Shown here: piece after piece, positions 11,301 to 19,279 of the stretch | How positions within the stretch are numbered: position 1 is the first letter of the stretch | Layout: each line of letters opens with the position of its first letter | IMG/VR virus record: IMGVR_UViG_3300042337_000526 | Location: 53,744-117,743 of that record | Source: a virus | Length of the DNA: 64,000 nucleotides | Strand: one strand, 5' to 3' | Notes under the pieces: generated by a model | The model's database searches: none | What the model was told of the DNA's origin: nothing | The model's input: only the letters and a program-made list of their open reading frames with translations | Position numbers and translations under genes: made by a program

Positions 11301-13190
11301 ACACCAACAAATAGTGTTACTCCAACAAGAACGCCAACATCAAGCAAAGTTCCAGGTATTATATTGGATCAAAGCGTATTCCAACCGAAATTTAATATTG
11401 TTGGAAGAAATAGGTCTTATTTGGTATCATATACCGGCCAACCTATCAGTTATAGATATAACACAGGAACTGTGTATGAGGACCCACGTACGGGAGCTCT
11501 TTACACAACATATGATTATGGCAATAGATATGCTAGAACTTCTCAAGATCAACTAAGTCGAGTTGGAGGATATGTGCCGGGTCTAGGGGCTAGTACTTCT
11601 ATTACAGACGATAAAAATTTATTACTTATAATATATGATCAGGATTGGAATATTTTTAAATATTTTAATGCAAATGAATTATTATCATATACAAGAAATT
11701 CCGATAACTCACAAACCTATTCATTGGGTTATGCTGGTGGCAATGGTAAAATTGTTAATACATCTAATATATATAGTTATGACACTGGTAGTGGAACCTC
11801 TTATTATAATCCAAGTACAGTGTCCTTGTTGCCCCGCACGGTTGAAGTAAGTGAAAGAACAACTCAAATATTAGAGTTTCCTATTCAAGATGTAAATTTG
11901 CCGAGAGCTGGCCAACCAAACTATATTGTGTTATATGGTTACAACGTATCAGAAGAATATAATTTAGATACATTAGTTAATGAATATTTAAATAGAACAA
12001 CAGCAGATTACGGTTATAATAGTGTGAATATTAAATTTACACCTTTGGGTTGGTATAAAACAGATCCGTCAAAAACTACAGCAATTAGCCAATTAAACGA
12101 ATATTCTGGAAATTTAGAGGTTAGTAATATACAAGATTATATAACAGCAAAAGTTACAACATATAAGAATAATTCAGTACGATTAAGGATTGGAACTACC
12201 AGTGGTACCACCCCCTCAGTAATAGATACTATTCTTCCAAATGATGATTATCCTCTTAAATATAGCGAAGGAAATACACCAATTCCAAATCCATATGCTA
12301 CAGTAAGAGTTAAAACTAATGCTACAGGAGAGTTTTCAGTATCATTACAAGGGATAGATGGAATTAACAGTTCCTCACAATTTTGGAAAAATTTTTACAA
12401 TCTATCCGGCCCAGACAAAACACTTACAATTAGTTCAATAGCCCCAAATCCTATTGTATCTCCAACAAACACAAAAACGCCGACGCCAACAAAAACGCCA
12501 TCACAAACACCAACATCAGCCGCAAAAACTATTATAGCCCCAATATCAAATTACGTTCCTGGTAGCACCAGTATCTATACTCCGTATAAAACCTCCGGGG
12601 CTGTTTGCATATTTAACGAGCCCGATGGATCAGATTATATAAGAAATCAAATTAATGATCCTAAAGTGTATGCAAACGCTAGTACAAGTAAAATTATGGG
12701 AAATTGTTTGGTGCCACGAGTTCCAAACCCTACTAATGACTCGCCGTATCCCACAATAACTGCAGGAACTACTGAAGATATAGTCCCTAATTTTACAATA
12801 GAATATTATTTTTATTTAAATAGTAATAAAGATACTACAATATATTCTAGTAATGCTAGTTACTATGACTCTGCTGCAAAAACGAATATAGACGCAAAAT
12901 GGAAGTTAAAATATAGTCCTTTGAGTGGTTTAGTATCAGAACAAAATCAGGGCAATATTGAACTTAATACAAAGCTACAAACAGGATGGTATCATTTTGC
13001 TGTAAGTTTTGATAAAGGAGATTTTAGATATTTTATAAATGGTAAACAAATAGCATTCAAATTTAATATTTTTATTAAATCGACAGCAATTAGACCACGC
13101 GTTATGACATATGTAGATCAATTAGACGCTTTAAGAATAACTAATGAATCTTTATACTATGTTCCTTTTGCAACGCTACCTCATATGTGA
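5316..13190 (+). CDS. 2624-aa mosaic adhesin/tail-fibre-like protein: two Asp-box beta-propellers, FN3, RCC1 repeats, LamG-like C-terminus, TP-repeat linkers
   Basis: Asp boxes SKDYGKTF, SKDGGLTW, STDYGKSF, SKDGGATF; FN3 (VRLTWDMP...GYKLYY) at ~8040-8660; RCC1 repeats (GxNxxGQLG / ISCGxxHT) at ~10100-11200; LamG-like FTIEYYF...WYHFAVSF...FINGK at the end. Confidence 0.85.
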   Translation: MAESDISFTALADFQPLTWYNLDSQKVFKRIYYISDDGNTAVGIPKNDQYNRLYTFKKSINNGTIVWNTDKYIALPIPTTGSIEVYNNTIIYKDYANVNITIYKFDIVSGQASLLSQYTTPRESIGYNLYNIEIFKILVSDNGSTICYAAKKPTNMGVSVAYVYCSKDYGKTFTKITEDEYIVNFNFSPKILLSADGSIVCFNNKYISSQNGSTVIKNEIFKFNTSTQKFNNIPVTFPIISVQPPVRIQNRRMYDIYSISKNNTIYGRMVATSISDVNFNISDSEYNIVSKDGGLTWDFSGGEAASRPGYTRVGTFANDAGDRYLLAYEFSNKTISNLPLVVNSVIYENYGKTVYDLPLLTINNAAIGMSIDIKFINNTIYLYTTNQSGYGSPEYYYYVLYLSSTSAPTNPNNPIAITPTPTKKANQSFIPLKLYDLDPENRFERIFHISEDLNEIIAIERNDNQLCSYIRNEYNTWNLKNNYNLRIALTDIRDVYISKNKKIIGILGETSSNYWKNSAQPRIRNLLIYDISTGVAIFTNNISGDIDLFSRFGAPSEYDSPPYSNFSMSDDGKVMILVRSQQKNVIYISGAGKTSEKQFAYRTSISTDYGKSFVAVPFLQNILKISYANIDFKISKDNTEFLFFIWYDTETDNALLRTSPLTLYKGKINGSNIIDNGSNIINYSNWENKFKSASDDLKTIYISNTNPTETSTSSASTYTEKGLLSKDGGATFVESYAPNGTREYGNGISLRNDVTICNPDGDKYFSIVRNDFLWAGYKDNLSLTYFENYGQKLITEISLNEDNDPIKNQYFGVWGTYIGAKWLNNNTVVVNYAFQGPGRSGYLYKSRIFLTGSSTSLPVTPTPTKKATNLGITRTPTRTKAAITPTRTPTRTKAAIVPTRTPSSTIPGKTVRNIVATGGNECVRLTWDMPEDTSNLLGYKLYYSYSTTNFQFVPAFDPTYGDTLTPNITSATITNVPNDTGYQVQIRIETVYSNGKTYPAEIMQFTDKTKSVLNSSILTLTNPSTSSTANLTWTPPIVQRIGRFTWTTQLSLLIYNNDVLEFQSDYLSNFYSYTITNKNGNYSFEISARYVNDFTNSSLIYVKSNRVTKTLNAVIATSTPTPTNTVTPTVTPTTTPIILPEFVNIFLQENSFNKSNNYFNIDISNISSNYPVLVSDSYDIEINGPYPFDDILHVAAIQSNEASEEIITQPWRKTETRTANAISDKIYITPEVLGIYYVRIKRIVSNTYSNIQSFFRSFDIIEVPPTPTVTPTATNTPTVTNTPSVTPQINPTPTRTPTKQIPGLTAIPTSTPSQTPTRTPFVPRPINELDYTTAQIAVRDSSTPGAGYSLDCNISFNQPISYGGQNWEQVFLNFNGNYIKALYDNENLPKTHRTYTTTEAFFKTNTSNVLGLHQLKNTTLVIEPKGNNKYLWIVKTQYDKNSFNLSTPMYAAGTVLTFEILLDYSQGKKTSATFLSARANAPYPYSVWEYSYDPSQFLIDFDINVDATSIPVTPTVTPTVTPTISLTPTNTQTNTPTNTSTPSATVTPTPTNIDTSVTRTPTPTNTITSTNTATPTITATPTVTPSTSAAPSLEVYSAGDNLYGQLSNPFVSFSSEFSKTYDSLFMSSKEISCGNYHTCFVANDGNVYSVGRNAQGQLGRASSSINSLQHGVVLFPGGDSSPFTQVSCGASHTFALNSKGELYSWGNNTNGQLSLGDNIDRATPVLVSGMINGAPSNPGVWKYVACGSFHTLAINVNGELYACGLNTDGQLGLGDNRDRLKLRKVTVDGNWVSAVGGGYHTLAINSAGQLYSCGNNSKGQLGAGTVGVNTNVLGLSNGNITKISAGLYHSVCLNNSSPTEVYGCGENSFNQISNVSNNYQPSPSVVGWRSITSYGTEISCGYNHTLILKNNNLLYGCGDNSKGQLGIKNNTSNNNILTQIGDNSIVRKLANKQGSTHSLIFIDEGSTIYLPPTPTRSNTPTPTPTKRPPGSTATPTPTNSVTPTRTPTSSKVPGIILDQSVFQPKFNIVGRNRSYLVSYTGQPISYRYNTGTVYEDPRTGALYTTYDYGNRYARTSQDQLSRVGGYVPGLGASTSITDDKNLLLIIYDQDWNIFKYFNANELLSYTRNSDNSQTYSLGYAGGNGKIVNTSNIYSYDTGSGTSYYNPSTVSLLPRTVEVSERTTQILEFPIQDVNLPRAGQPNYIVLYGYNVSEEYNLDTLVNEYLNRTTADYGYNSVNIKFTPLGWYKTDPSKTTAISQLNEYSGNLEVSNIQDYITAKVTTYKNNSVRLRIGTTSGTTPSVIDTILPNDDYPLKYSEGNTPIPNPYATVRVKTNATGEFSVSLQGIDGINSSSQFWKNFYNLSGPDKTLTISSIAPNPIVSPTNTKTPTPTKTPSQTPTSAAKTIIAPISNYVPGSTSIYTPYKTSGAVCIFNEPDGSDYIRNQINDPKVYANASTSKIMGNCLVPRVPNPTNDSPYPTITAGTTEDIVPNFTIEYYFYLNSNKDTTIYSSNASYYDSAAKTNIDAKWKLKYSPLSGLVSEQNQGNIELNTKLQTGWYHFAVSFDKGDFRYFINGKQIAFKFNIFIKSTAIRPRVMTYVDQLDALRITNESLYYVPFATLPHM

Positions 13191-13204
13191 GTGGAGAACA
13201 AGCA

Positions 13205-13957
13205 ATGAAAATTTTATTATATTTAGTAGTTGCTTATCTAATAATGTTAACCACAATAACTATAGCAGGAACAATTGATCCTAAAATTGCTGATAGTGAA
13301 TATTTATCATACGGATCAAAATTTAAGTGTGTTGTTGGATTATGTGGAACGGAGCAAGATGATCAGTTATATTGCGCTTCTGGAGTAGTTATAAAACCCA
13401 GATGGATACTAACTGCTGCACATGTTATTAAAAAAGCAAAAACTTGCCATATAACAGTTGATGATAAAAAAATAAATGTGTCAATATTATTTCCTCATAA
13501 AAAGTTTGATAGTGATAATTTTGGATATTATGATATTGGATTGGTTTATTGTGATGAAGATGTTTTATTAGATTTTTATCCAGAATTATATAATCAAGAA
13601 GATGAACTTGGAAAAACTTGTGCAATATCGGGATATGGTATAGCGGGAACATTCAATACTGGGGCAAAGATTGGTGATCGTAAACGAAGAGCAGGATCTA
13701 ATAGGATTAATAATATTGATAGACAATTATTAATGTGTGATCTTAAAGATAAATATACGGCCTTAGAGTTTTTAATAGCTAGTGGAGATAGTGGCGGTGG
13801 ATTATTTATTGATAAAAAACTAGCAGGAATAAATTCTTGTGTAATAACATCTGATGGTCGTACAGATTCTAATCATAATGATGAAAGTGGTCATACTAGA
13901 ATTAGTCAACACATAGAATGGATAGAAAGCACAATCAATGAAAATGAAAAGAAATAA
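13205..13957 (+). CDS. Trypsin-like serine protease (S1) with N-terminal signal/TM segment
   Basis: WILTAAHV (His), DIGLV (Asp), GDSGGGL (Ser). Hydrophobic N-terminus MKILLYLVVAYLIML. ATG 13205 follows RBS ggag (track start 13187). Confidence 0.93.
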   Translation: MKILLYLVVAYLIMLTTITIAGTIDPKIADSEYLSYGSKFKCVVGLCGTEQDDQLYCASGVVIKPRWILTAAHVIKKAKTCHITVDDKKINVSILFPHKKFDSDNFGYYDIGLVYCDEDVLLDFYPELYNQEDELGKTCAISGYGIAGTFNTGAKIGDRKRRAGSNRINNIDRQLLMCDLKDKYTALEFLIASGDSGGGLFIDKKLAGINSCVITSDGRTDSNHNDESGHTRISQHIEWIESTINENEKK

Positions 13958-14873
13958 AAATAAAGTAAGCCTATTACCATACATATCAGAAGAACTGAGC
14001 GGATACTCAACTTCATCTCCGCAACAGAATGGTTGGGAATTAGATAAATTTAATATTCAATCATTATGGCCAAAAGCGCAAGGAGAAAATGTTGTTGTGG
14101 CAGTAATTGATACAGGGTGTGATTTGAATCATCCAGACTTAAAAGACAATCTGCTCTCTGGTAAAAACTTTGTTGACGGCACAAAACCTCCACAAGACGA
14201 TAACGGTCACGGAAGTCATGTTTCGTCAACTATTGCGGCCATTAATAACGGAATAGGAATGGTAGGTTTGGCCCCAAAAACAAAAATATTACCAGTAAAA
14301 GCTCTGGATGACCAAGGATCAGGAGTTATGGACAATATAATTAACTCTATTATTTATGCTGCAGATTATGGTGGAGTTGATTTTATAACTATGAGTTTAG
14401 GTTCTCCAAATGGTATCCCAAGACTAGAAGAAGCAATAAACTATGCAAATAGTAAGGGTTGTGTAATATTCTGTGCGGCTGGAAATAGTGGAGAAAATTC
14501 AGAGATCATGTATCCTGCTAAATATGAGAAAACAATAAGCATTGGGGCTGTTGATGAGAATTTAGATAGAACTAGTTTTACTTGTAGCGGAGAGTCTTTA
14601 GACTTTTTAGCTCCTGGACATAATATATTGGGTTGTGTGCAGGGTGGGAGGTATGCTATTATGAGTGGAACTAGTATGAGTAATCCATTTGCTGTAGGAT
14701 GTGCGTGTTTACTTTTAAGCCATAATAAAAAGCATCATAAATACAGTTTAAACACTTATCAAGATTACATACAAGTATTTAAAACAACGGCTCTGGAGCT
14801 TGCTAATGAAAGGTACAGAGGCAAAAGGAAGTATCAAGGATACGGGGTCATAAACCCTGTCGGTCTTCTGTAA
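13938..14873 (+). CDS. Subtilisin-like serine protease (S8)
   Basis: VAVIDTG (Asp), NGHGSHVS (His), AAGNSG (oxyanion Asn), SGTSMSNP (Ser). Confidence 0.95.
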   Translation: MKMKRNKNKVSLLPYISEELSGYSTSSPQQNGWELDKFNIQSLWPKAQGENVVVAVIDTGCDLNHPDLKDNLLSGKNFVDGTKPPQDDNGHGSHVSSTIAAINNGIGMVGLAPKTKILPVKALDDQGSGVMDNIINSIIYAADYGGVDFITMSLGSPNGIPRLEEAINYANSKGCVIFCAAGNSGENSEIMYPAKYEKTISIGAVDENLDRTSFTCSGESLDFLAPGHNILGCVQGGRYAIMSGTSMSNPFAVGCACLLLSHNKKHHKYSLNTYQDYIQVFKTTALELANERYRGKRKYQGYGVINPVGLL

Positions 14874-15175
14874 TATGGATATGGGTTAATATTTGGCTGT
14901 ATTTGATTTTGCTGCTGCATTTGTTGAGGCTGTTGTCTATTGATCATATTTCTATTGATCATATTTTCAGATTCTTGGTGATATTTATCACAAGCTGCTG
15001 ATCTTCGTTCAGTATCTATTAATGATCTAGGATCAGAAAATGGAACAGGATCTTTGGTGAAGAAATATATGAAACTGGTCATAGAGTCTGACAACATTCG
15101 ATTCTCAACATTCGGATATTGGGCGGAGCATTGTGTTGCAATTACAACTAATAAAAATGTAATATAGTATTTCAT
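14834..15175 (-). CDS. Putative secreted hypothetical protein
   Basis: Signal-peptide-like MKYYITFLLVVIATQCSA and a Q/N/P-rich tail. Its 3' end overlaps the subtilisin gene convergently. Confidence 0.6.
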   Translation of the reverse strand: MKYYITFLLVVIATQCSAQYPNVENRMLSDSMTSFIYFFTKDPVPFSDPRSLIDTERRSAACDKYHQESENMINRNMINRQQPQQMQQQNQIQPNINPYPYYRRPTGFMTPYP

Positions 15176-15176
15176 G

Positions 15177-15692
15177 TTAGTAACTGTATGTTCTCAAAGG
15201 GTATTGGTTATTGTGATATAAATTATTTAGTTCTTGAACATTCCATGATCCAGAATACTTAGCCTCTCTGATAGCTTCTTTTTGTAGTTGCTCCAGTTCT
15301 CTATAGTAAGTATTCATTTGTCTTCGCTGAAAATAAGAATCAACAGCAGTGACCCTATTCTGTAGATACATAGAATATGCTGTTTGTTGATTCATAGAGG
15401 CGATTGAGTAATCAACTGATGCCCGACCGTCTGAATAAGCTATGGCGGCTTGTCCATAATCATATGCCTGATACGGAGAAGAGGCATAATCAGAATAAAC
15501 AACCTGGCCCATAGAAACATTTTGCATCAAAAATAGGACAAGAATAAAGTATCTCATGAGAGTAAGTAATCTCCAAGGCGAGTTATATGGCCATTTATAC
15601 ATAATATCACTTTCAACAAACTTGTCAAGAGCACGCTCATACTTTTTGCAGAAATGGTCATGAACCAGTTTTAATAACTTATAATATATCAT
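15177..15692 (-). CDS. Putative secreted/membrane hypothetical protein with Y/A/Q-rich helical domain
   Basis: Hydrophobic MRYFILVLFLMQNVSMGQ (alternative start 15557), then GQAAIAY...SMYLQNRVTAVDSYFQRRQMN. The ATG overlaps the upstream stop region. Confidence 0.6.
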   Translation of the reverse strand: MIYYKLLKLVHDHFCKKYERALDKFVESDIMYKWPYNSPWRLLTLMRYFILVLFLMQNVSMGQVVYSDYASSPYQAYDYGQAAIAYSDGRASVDYSIASMNQQTAYSMYLQNRVTAVDSYFQRRQMNTYYRELEQLQKEAIREAKYSGSWNVQELNNLYHNNQYPLRTYSY

Positions 15693-16629
15693 TTTCTATG
15701 ATAATTTGTTTTAAGAAATCAATTTGTTTTATTGGGTTAGCATTTTTATTAAACCATTCATATGCATTAAATAGAATATATTGTTTTTCTTCTTGAGATA
15801 TATTCATAATTTTATCAATTATTTCATTACTTATTATTTTATAATTTTTTGTGTTGTATATTTTATTAATGGTGTCGTTATCTATGATGGTTTTATAATG
15901 CATATTTTCAATAATTGGATCATGCGTAATAATATTTAGTTTTTCTCTTAAGCATAAGGTTCTTGTGCCAAAATATTCTAGATCACGATAGCAAATTTGT
16001 GCTGCTCCATTTAAAGATAATCCATATTCATACTTAGTGATATTTTTGTAATAATCTGTTTTATTTAGAAACTCATCACCTATTGATTTATTTTTCATTA
16101 TGAAAAAATCATTAGTTTTTAAGCAATCCGTTACTGGCTGGCGATGTCCATAACACAGTCCATTAAAATAACAATTATTTTTTTTATCACTATTATGCCG
16201 TGCTAACTCTATATGTTCGTGATCATTCCAATTCTCTAAAATATAAAACGATGGTAATATTTTAACTTTTACATGTTTGTATCTATCAAAAACATCATTA
16301 GTAAAATTAGAAGAAAAACAAAAAGTAGTTATATTAAGTTTTTGCAATGCTGCGTCATGCTCTAAGAATACTGGAGCATAATCAGATAAGGAGTGGACGA
16401 ACCCCTTTTGGGTTATGGTATTATATACTATTAAATTATAAATATTAAATAAAGAAGGTAAAGAATTTTCTCGATTATCATATGGTTCATTATAGGTCTT
16501 TGCTAATTCGTTAATAGGAATAATATTAATATCACTAAATTGATTTTGCATATGAATTGCAAATGCTTCGTACAACTCTCCAACATACCAATTGTGTTGA
16601 TATTTATTATATGATATAATTATAGCCAT
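15679..16629 (-). CDS. Putative GT-B glycosyltransferase (CgeB/GT90/exostosin-like C-terminal motif)
   Basis: YYKNITKYEYGLSLNGAAQICYRDLEYF resembles the nucleotide-sugar-binding motif of GT-B enzymes; lies in a glycosylation operon. Confidence 0.55.
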   Translation of the reverse strand: MAIIISYNKYQHNWYVGELYEAFAIHMQNQFSDINIIPINELAKTYNEPYDNRENSLPSLFNIYNLIVYNTITQKGFVHSLSDYAPVFLEHDAALQKLNITTFCFSSNFTNDVFDRYKHVKVKILPSFYILENWNDHEHIELARHNSDKKNNCYFNGLCYGHRQPVTDCLKTNDFFIMKNKSIGDEFLNKTDYYKNITKYEYGLSLNGAAQICYRDLEYFGTRTLCLREKLNIITHDPIIENMHYKTIIDNDTINKIYNTKNYKIISNEIIDKIMNISQEEKQYILFNAYEWFNKNANPIKQIDFLKQIIIENDIL

Positions 16630-17453
16630 GATGTAACTTTTGTTTTATTAACTATTGGATAAAATAGAAAATTCGATATTCTATGCCAGGAGGTTAATAA
16701 AAAAATTTCTTTAGCATAGTTTATAGCCAATATTTCTGCGGCAGACAATAAGGTTTTTTGTTTGGCTATATCATTTGGTATTTTGTTTCTATAACAATGG
16801 TGACTTCCCATACTGTCTTCTAGGGGATGTTGTATTGATATTGTTTTAGATAATTTTAACAATTCTTTTTTAATAGAAAAGCTATTAGAGCAAACAAAAA
16901 TTGTATTATATTGATCATATAAATTATTAATTTTATCTAAATTATTTTCATATAAATACATTTCGTCATTTAAGTCTTGTGTGCGAACATGTAAACAAAT
17001 ATAATCATTTTTAAGTTTTAAGTTATTATAAATGTCATAAACCTCAGAAGAAAAATCAATTAAATTAAAATTTGGAATATTATTAAAATCGTGTCCGACA
17101 TTAGGAAAAGTATCTATTATAGAAGGATCGATAGGATAATCAGTAAACAGATCCCACCAATGCAGCCCCGCTTCTCTAGCTCCGTATGATAAATGAGAAA
17201 TTTCAAAATTATTTATTGTTTTATAAGTAGAACTTATATGATCTATGTTATCAAATAAATTTATAAAGTTATGTTCATTTAATATATCAAATAAATTTAA
17301 ATTATTGTAATAGAGATTATTTTCTGTATATATTTTTAAATCTATTGAAAAACCTAATGACTTTAATTTTTGTGCCGTACTAATATACTCTGTACAAGCA
17401 ACAATGCAGTCTCCTAAACCCGATGTGAAATTGTGTTGTATTATAGCTTTCAT
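16620..17453 (-). CDS. Putative fucosyltransferase-like glycosyltransferase (GT11/GT23/O-FucT-like)
   Basis: N-terminal SGLGD, motif I ICLHVRTQD and motif II IFVCSNS; two genes downstream of GDP-fucose synthase. Confidence 0.6.
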   Translation of the reverse strand: MKAIIQHNFTSGLGDCIVACTEYISTAQKLKSLGFSIDLKIYTENNLYYNNLNLFDILNEHNFINLFDNIDHISSTYKTINNFEISHLSYGAREAGLHWWDLFTDYPIDPSIIDTFPNVGHDFNNIPNFNLIDFSSEVYDIYNNLKLKNDYICLHVRTQDLNDEMYLYENNLDKINNLYDQYNTIFVCSNSFSIKKELLKLSKTISIQHPLEDSMGSHHCYRNKIPNDIAKQKTLLSAAEILAINYAKEIFLLTSWHRISNFLFYPIVNKTKVTSWL

Positions 17454-17456
17454 AAT

Positions 17457-18350
17457 TTAAGCAATATTTTGATTGTCTATAAATAATATGCAATTATTAA
17501 AACTTTGTCTCATTAGCGGAACAATAGTTAGCATATTGCCAGGGTACGATACGAAATAATTACATTGAGATGCTATATGAGTAATTGCTAAAAATTTTTT
17601 AAGATAATCTATTTTGGACATATTGTGCCGATTCATAAAATCAGCATTAGAAACATTATATAAATGACTATGGAATCCTTTATTGGTGTCGTTAGATGTC
17701 GGCAACTCATTTAAGACTATTATTCGGTCATCAATAGTTTTTATTATAGCAATTTCTTCTAATATAGAAACATCATCAGTTTGAAAATATATTTTTTTAA
17801 TATTAGTATTATCTAATTGTTTAATGTAATCAATAGTATTAGGAATACGTGATTCTGTTACTTTGTCTGTCTTTCTTGCCCATATGAAAGCAGACATACT
17901 ATAGTTTATATTATAAGTATTCAAAATATTTTCTATCTCATATTTTATGTCATTATTAATGGTAAAAAATTTGTTATATAATTTTATAAGTATAGGCAAG
18001 AGTTCTGTTAGTTTTTGTTTATTGAATCTATGACTTAAATCAGACAGTCCATAATTAGTAGGATGCAAATTGTTTACAACTAGGTTTGCTTCTTCTTCGC
18101 TAATCTCAAATGAGTTTTGTTGTGTTTGAAAAAAATCATTATAAAAATCATAATTGTGTTCGTACTCATTAAGACACAATCTAATATTAGATACTCTATA
18201 GGAAGTTTGTTTTAACATGCAAACACCAAATAATGACATAATAATATTAGAATATAATCCATATGGTCTATTAATAGTTAGGGTTTCAGAAGCAATATCA
18301 TAAGAATTATTGCCTCCCCATAAGCTAAAATCATTAATATTGTCTATCAT
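17457..18350 (-). CDS. Putative NodZ/GT23-like fucosyltransferase
   Basis: GLYSNI, AFIWARKTDKVTE (H/W-x-R-x-x-D-K motif I), IYFQTDD (motif II), YFVSYPGNM (motif III-like). Confidence 0.65.
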   Translation of the reverse strand: MIDNINDFSLWGGNNSYDIASETLTINRPYGLYSNIIMSLFGVCMLKQTSYRVSNIRLCLNEYEHNYDFYNDFFQTQQNSFEISEEEANLVVNNLHPTNYGLSDLSHRFNKQKLTELLPILIKLYNKFFTINNDIKYEIENILNTYNINYSMSAFIWARKTDKVTESRIPNTIDYIKQLDNTNIKKIYFQTDDVSILEEIAIIKTIDDRIIVLNELPTSNDTNKGFHSHLYNVSNADFMNRHNMSKIDYLKKFLAITHIASQCNYFVSYPGNMLTIVPLMRQSFNNCILFIDNQNIA

Positions 18351-19279
18351 TTATAGGTTTCCATAAATGAATCTATAGTTTTTTTTAAGCCTTCATCTAT
18401 TCCGATAGTTGGCTCCCATCCTAGTAATGATTTAGCTTTGTTAATATTTAATAATCTTTTTGGCTGACCCTCTGGCTTTGTTGTGTCCCAAATAATATTA
18501 CCATTATAAGATAATAAATTTTTGATCTTGTGTGTAATATCTTTTATGCTAGTTTCTGAACCTCCTCCAATATTTATAGGATCTGGGTCATTAATATTTA
18601 ATGCTGCTAATAAAATAGCCCTTGCTGCGTCTTCTACATATAGGAAATCTCTAGTGGCTTCTCCGCTTCCCCAGCATTGAAGATATTCTTGGTTTTTTTG
18701 TTTCGCTAAAAATATTTTAGTAACTATAGCAGGAATAACGTGGCTTCTTTTGTCAAAAAAATGATCATTTGGACCATACAAATTACTTGGAATTACTACA
18801 GAACTATTTAAATTGAACTGTTTTTTGTATGCCTGTAGCATAACAATAAGACTTTTTTTAGGTATCGCATAATAAGATATTAATTCTTCTGGAAATCCAT
18901 TCCATAAATCGTTTTCGTTGAACGGAATAGGACAGTGTTTTGGGTAGGAGCACCCAGATGATACAAATGATAATTTATCAACACCAAATTTATGTGCATA
19001 TTTGACTATATACAATCCCATAATCATGTTATCAAAAAAAATATCTCCAGCATTATTGCATATAGTATCTATGCCTCCGACATTAGCAGCTAAATGAATA
19101 ACAATATTAGGACGTGTACTTTCATATAAATTCTGAACATCTTTTTCAGAAGTTAAATCGTATTCTTTTGACGATGGGGCTATGACGGTATGGGATTTTG
19201 ATAGGCTGTTACCGGCAAGGTTCTTAACGTAACTGCCTAAAAATCCGTTGCCTCCTGTTATTAGTATTGTTTTTTTCAT
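18347..19279 (-). CDS. fcl: GDP-L-fucose synthase (GDP-4-keto-6-deoxymannose 3,5-epimerase/4-reductase)
   Basis: ILITGGNGFLG Rossmann motif, HLAANVGGI, SSGCSYP (catalytic Cys), YAIPK (YxxxK), NLYGPND, SHVIPAI (catalytic His), WGSGEATRDFLYVED. Start 19279 overlaps the upstream TGA. Confidence 0.92.
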   Translation of the reverse strand: MKKTILITGGNGFLGSYVKNLAGNSLSKSHTVIAPSSKEYDLTSEKDVQNLYESTRPNIVIHLAANVGGIDTICNNAGDIFFDNMIMGLYIVKYAHKFGVDKLSFVSSGCSYPKHCPIPFNENDLWNGFPEELISYYAIPKKSLIVMLQAYKKQFNLNSSVVIPSNLYGPNDHFFDKRSHVIPAIVTKIFLAKQKNQEYLQCWGSGEATRDFLYVEDAARAILLAALNINDPDPINIGGGSETSIKDITHKIKNLLSYNGNIIWDTTKPEGQPKRLLNINKAKSLLGWEPTIGIDEGLKKTIDSFMETYK

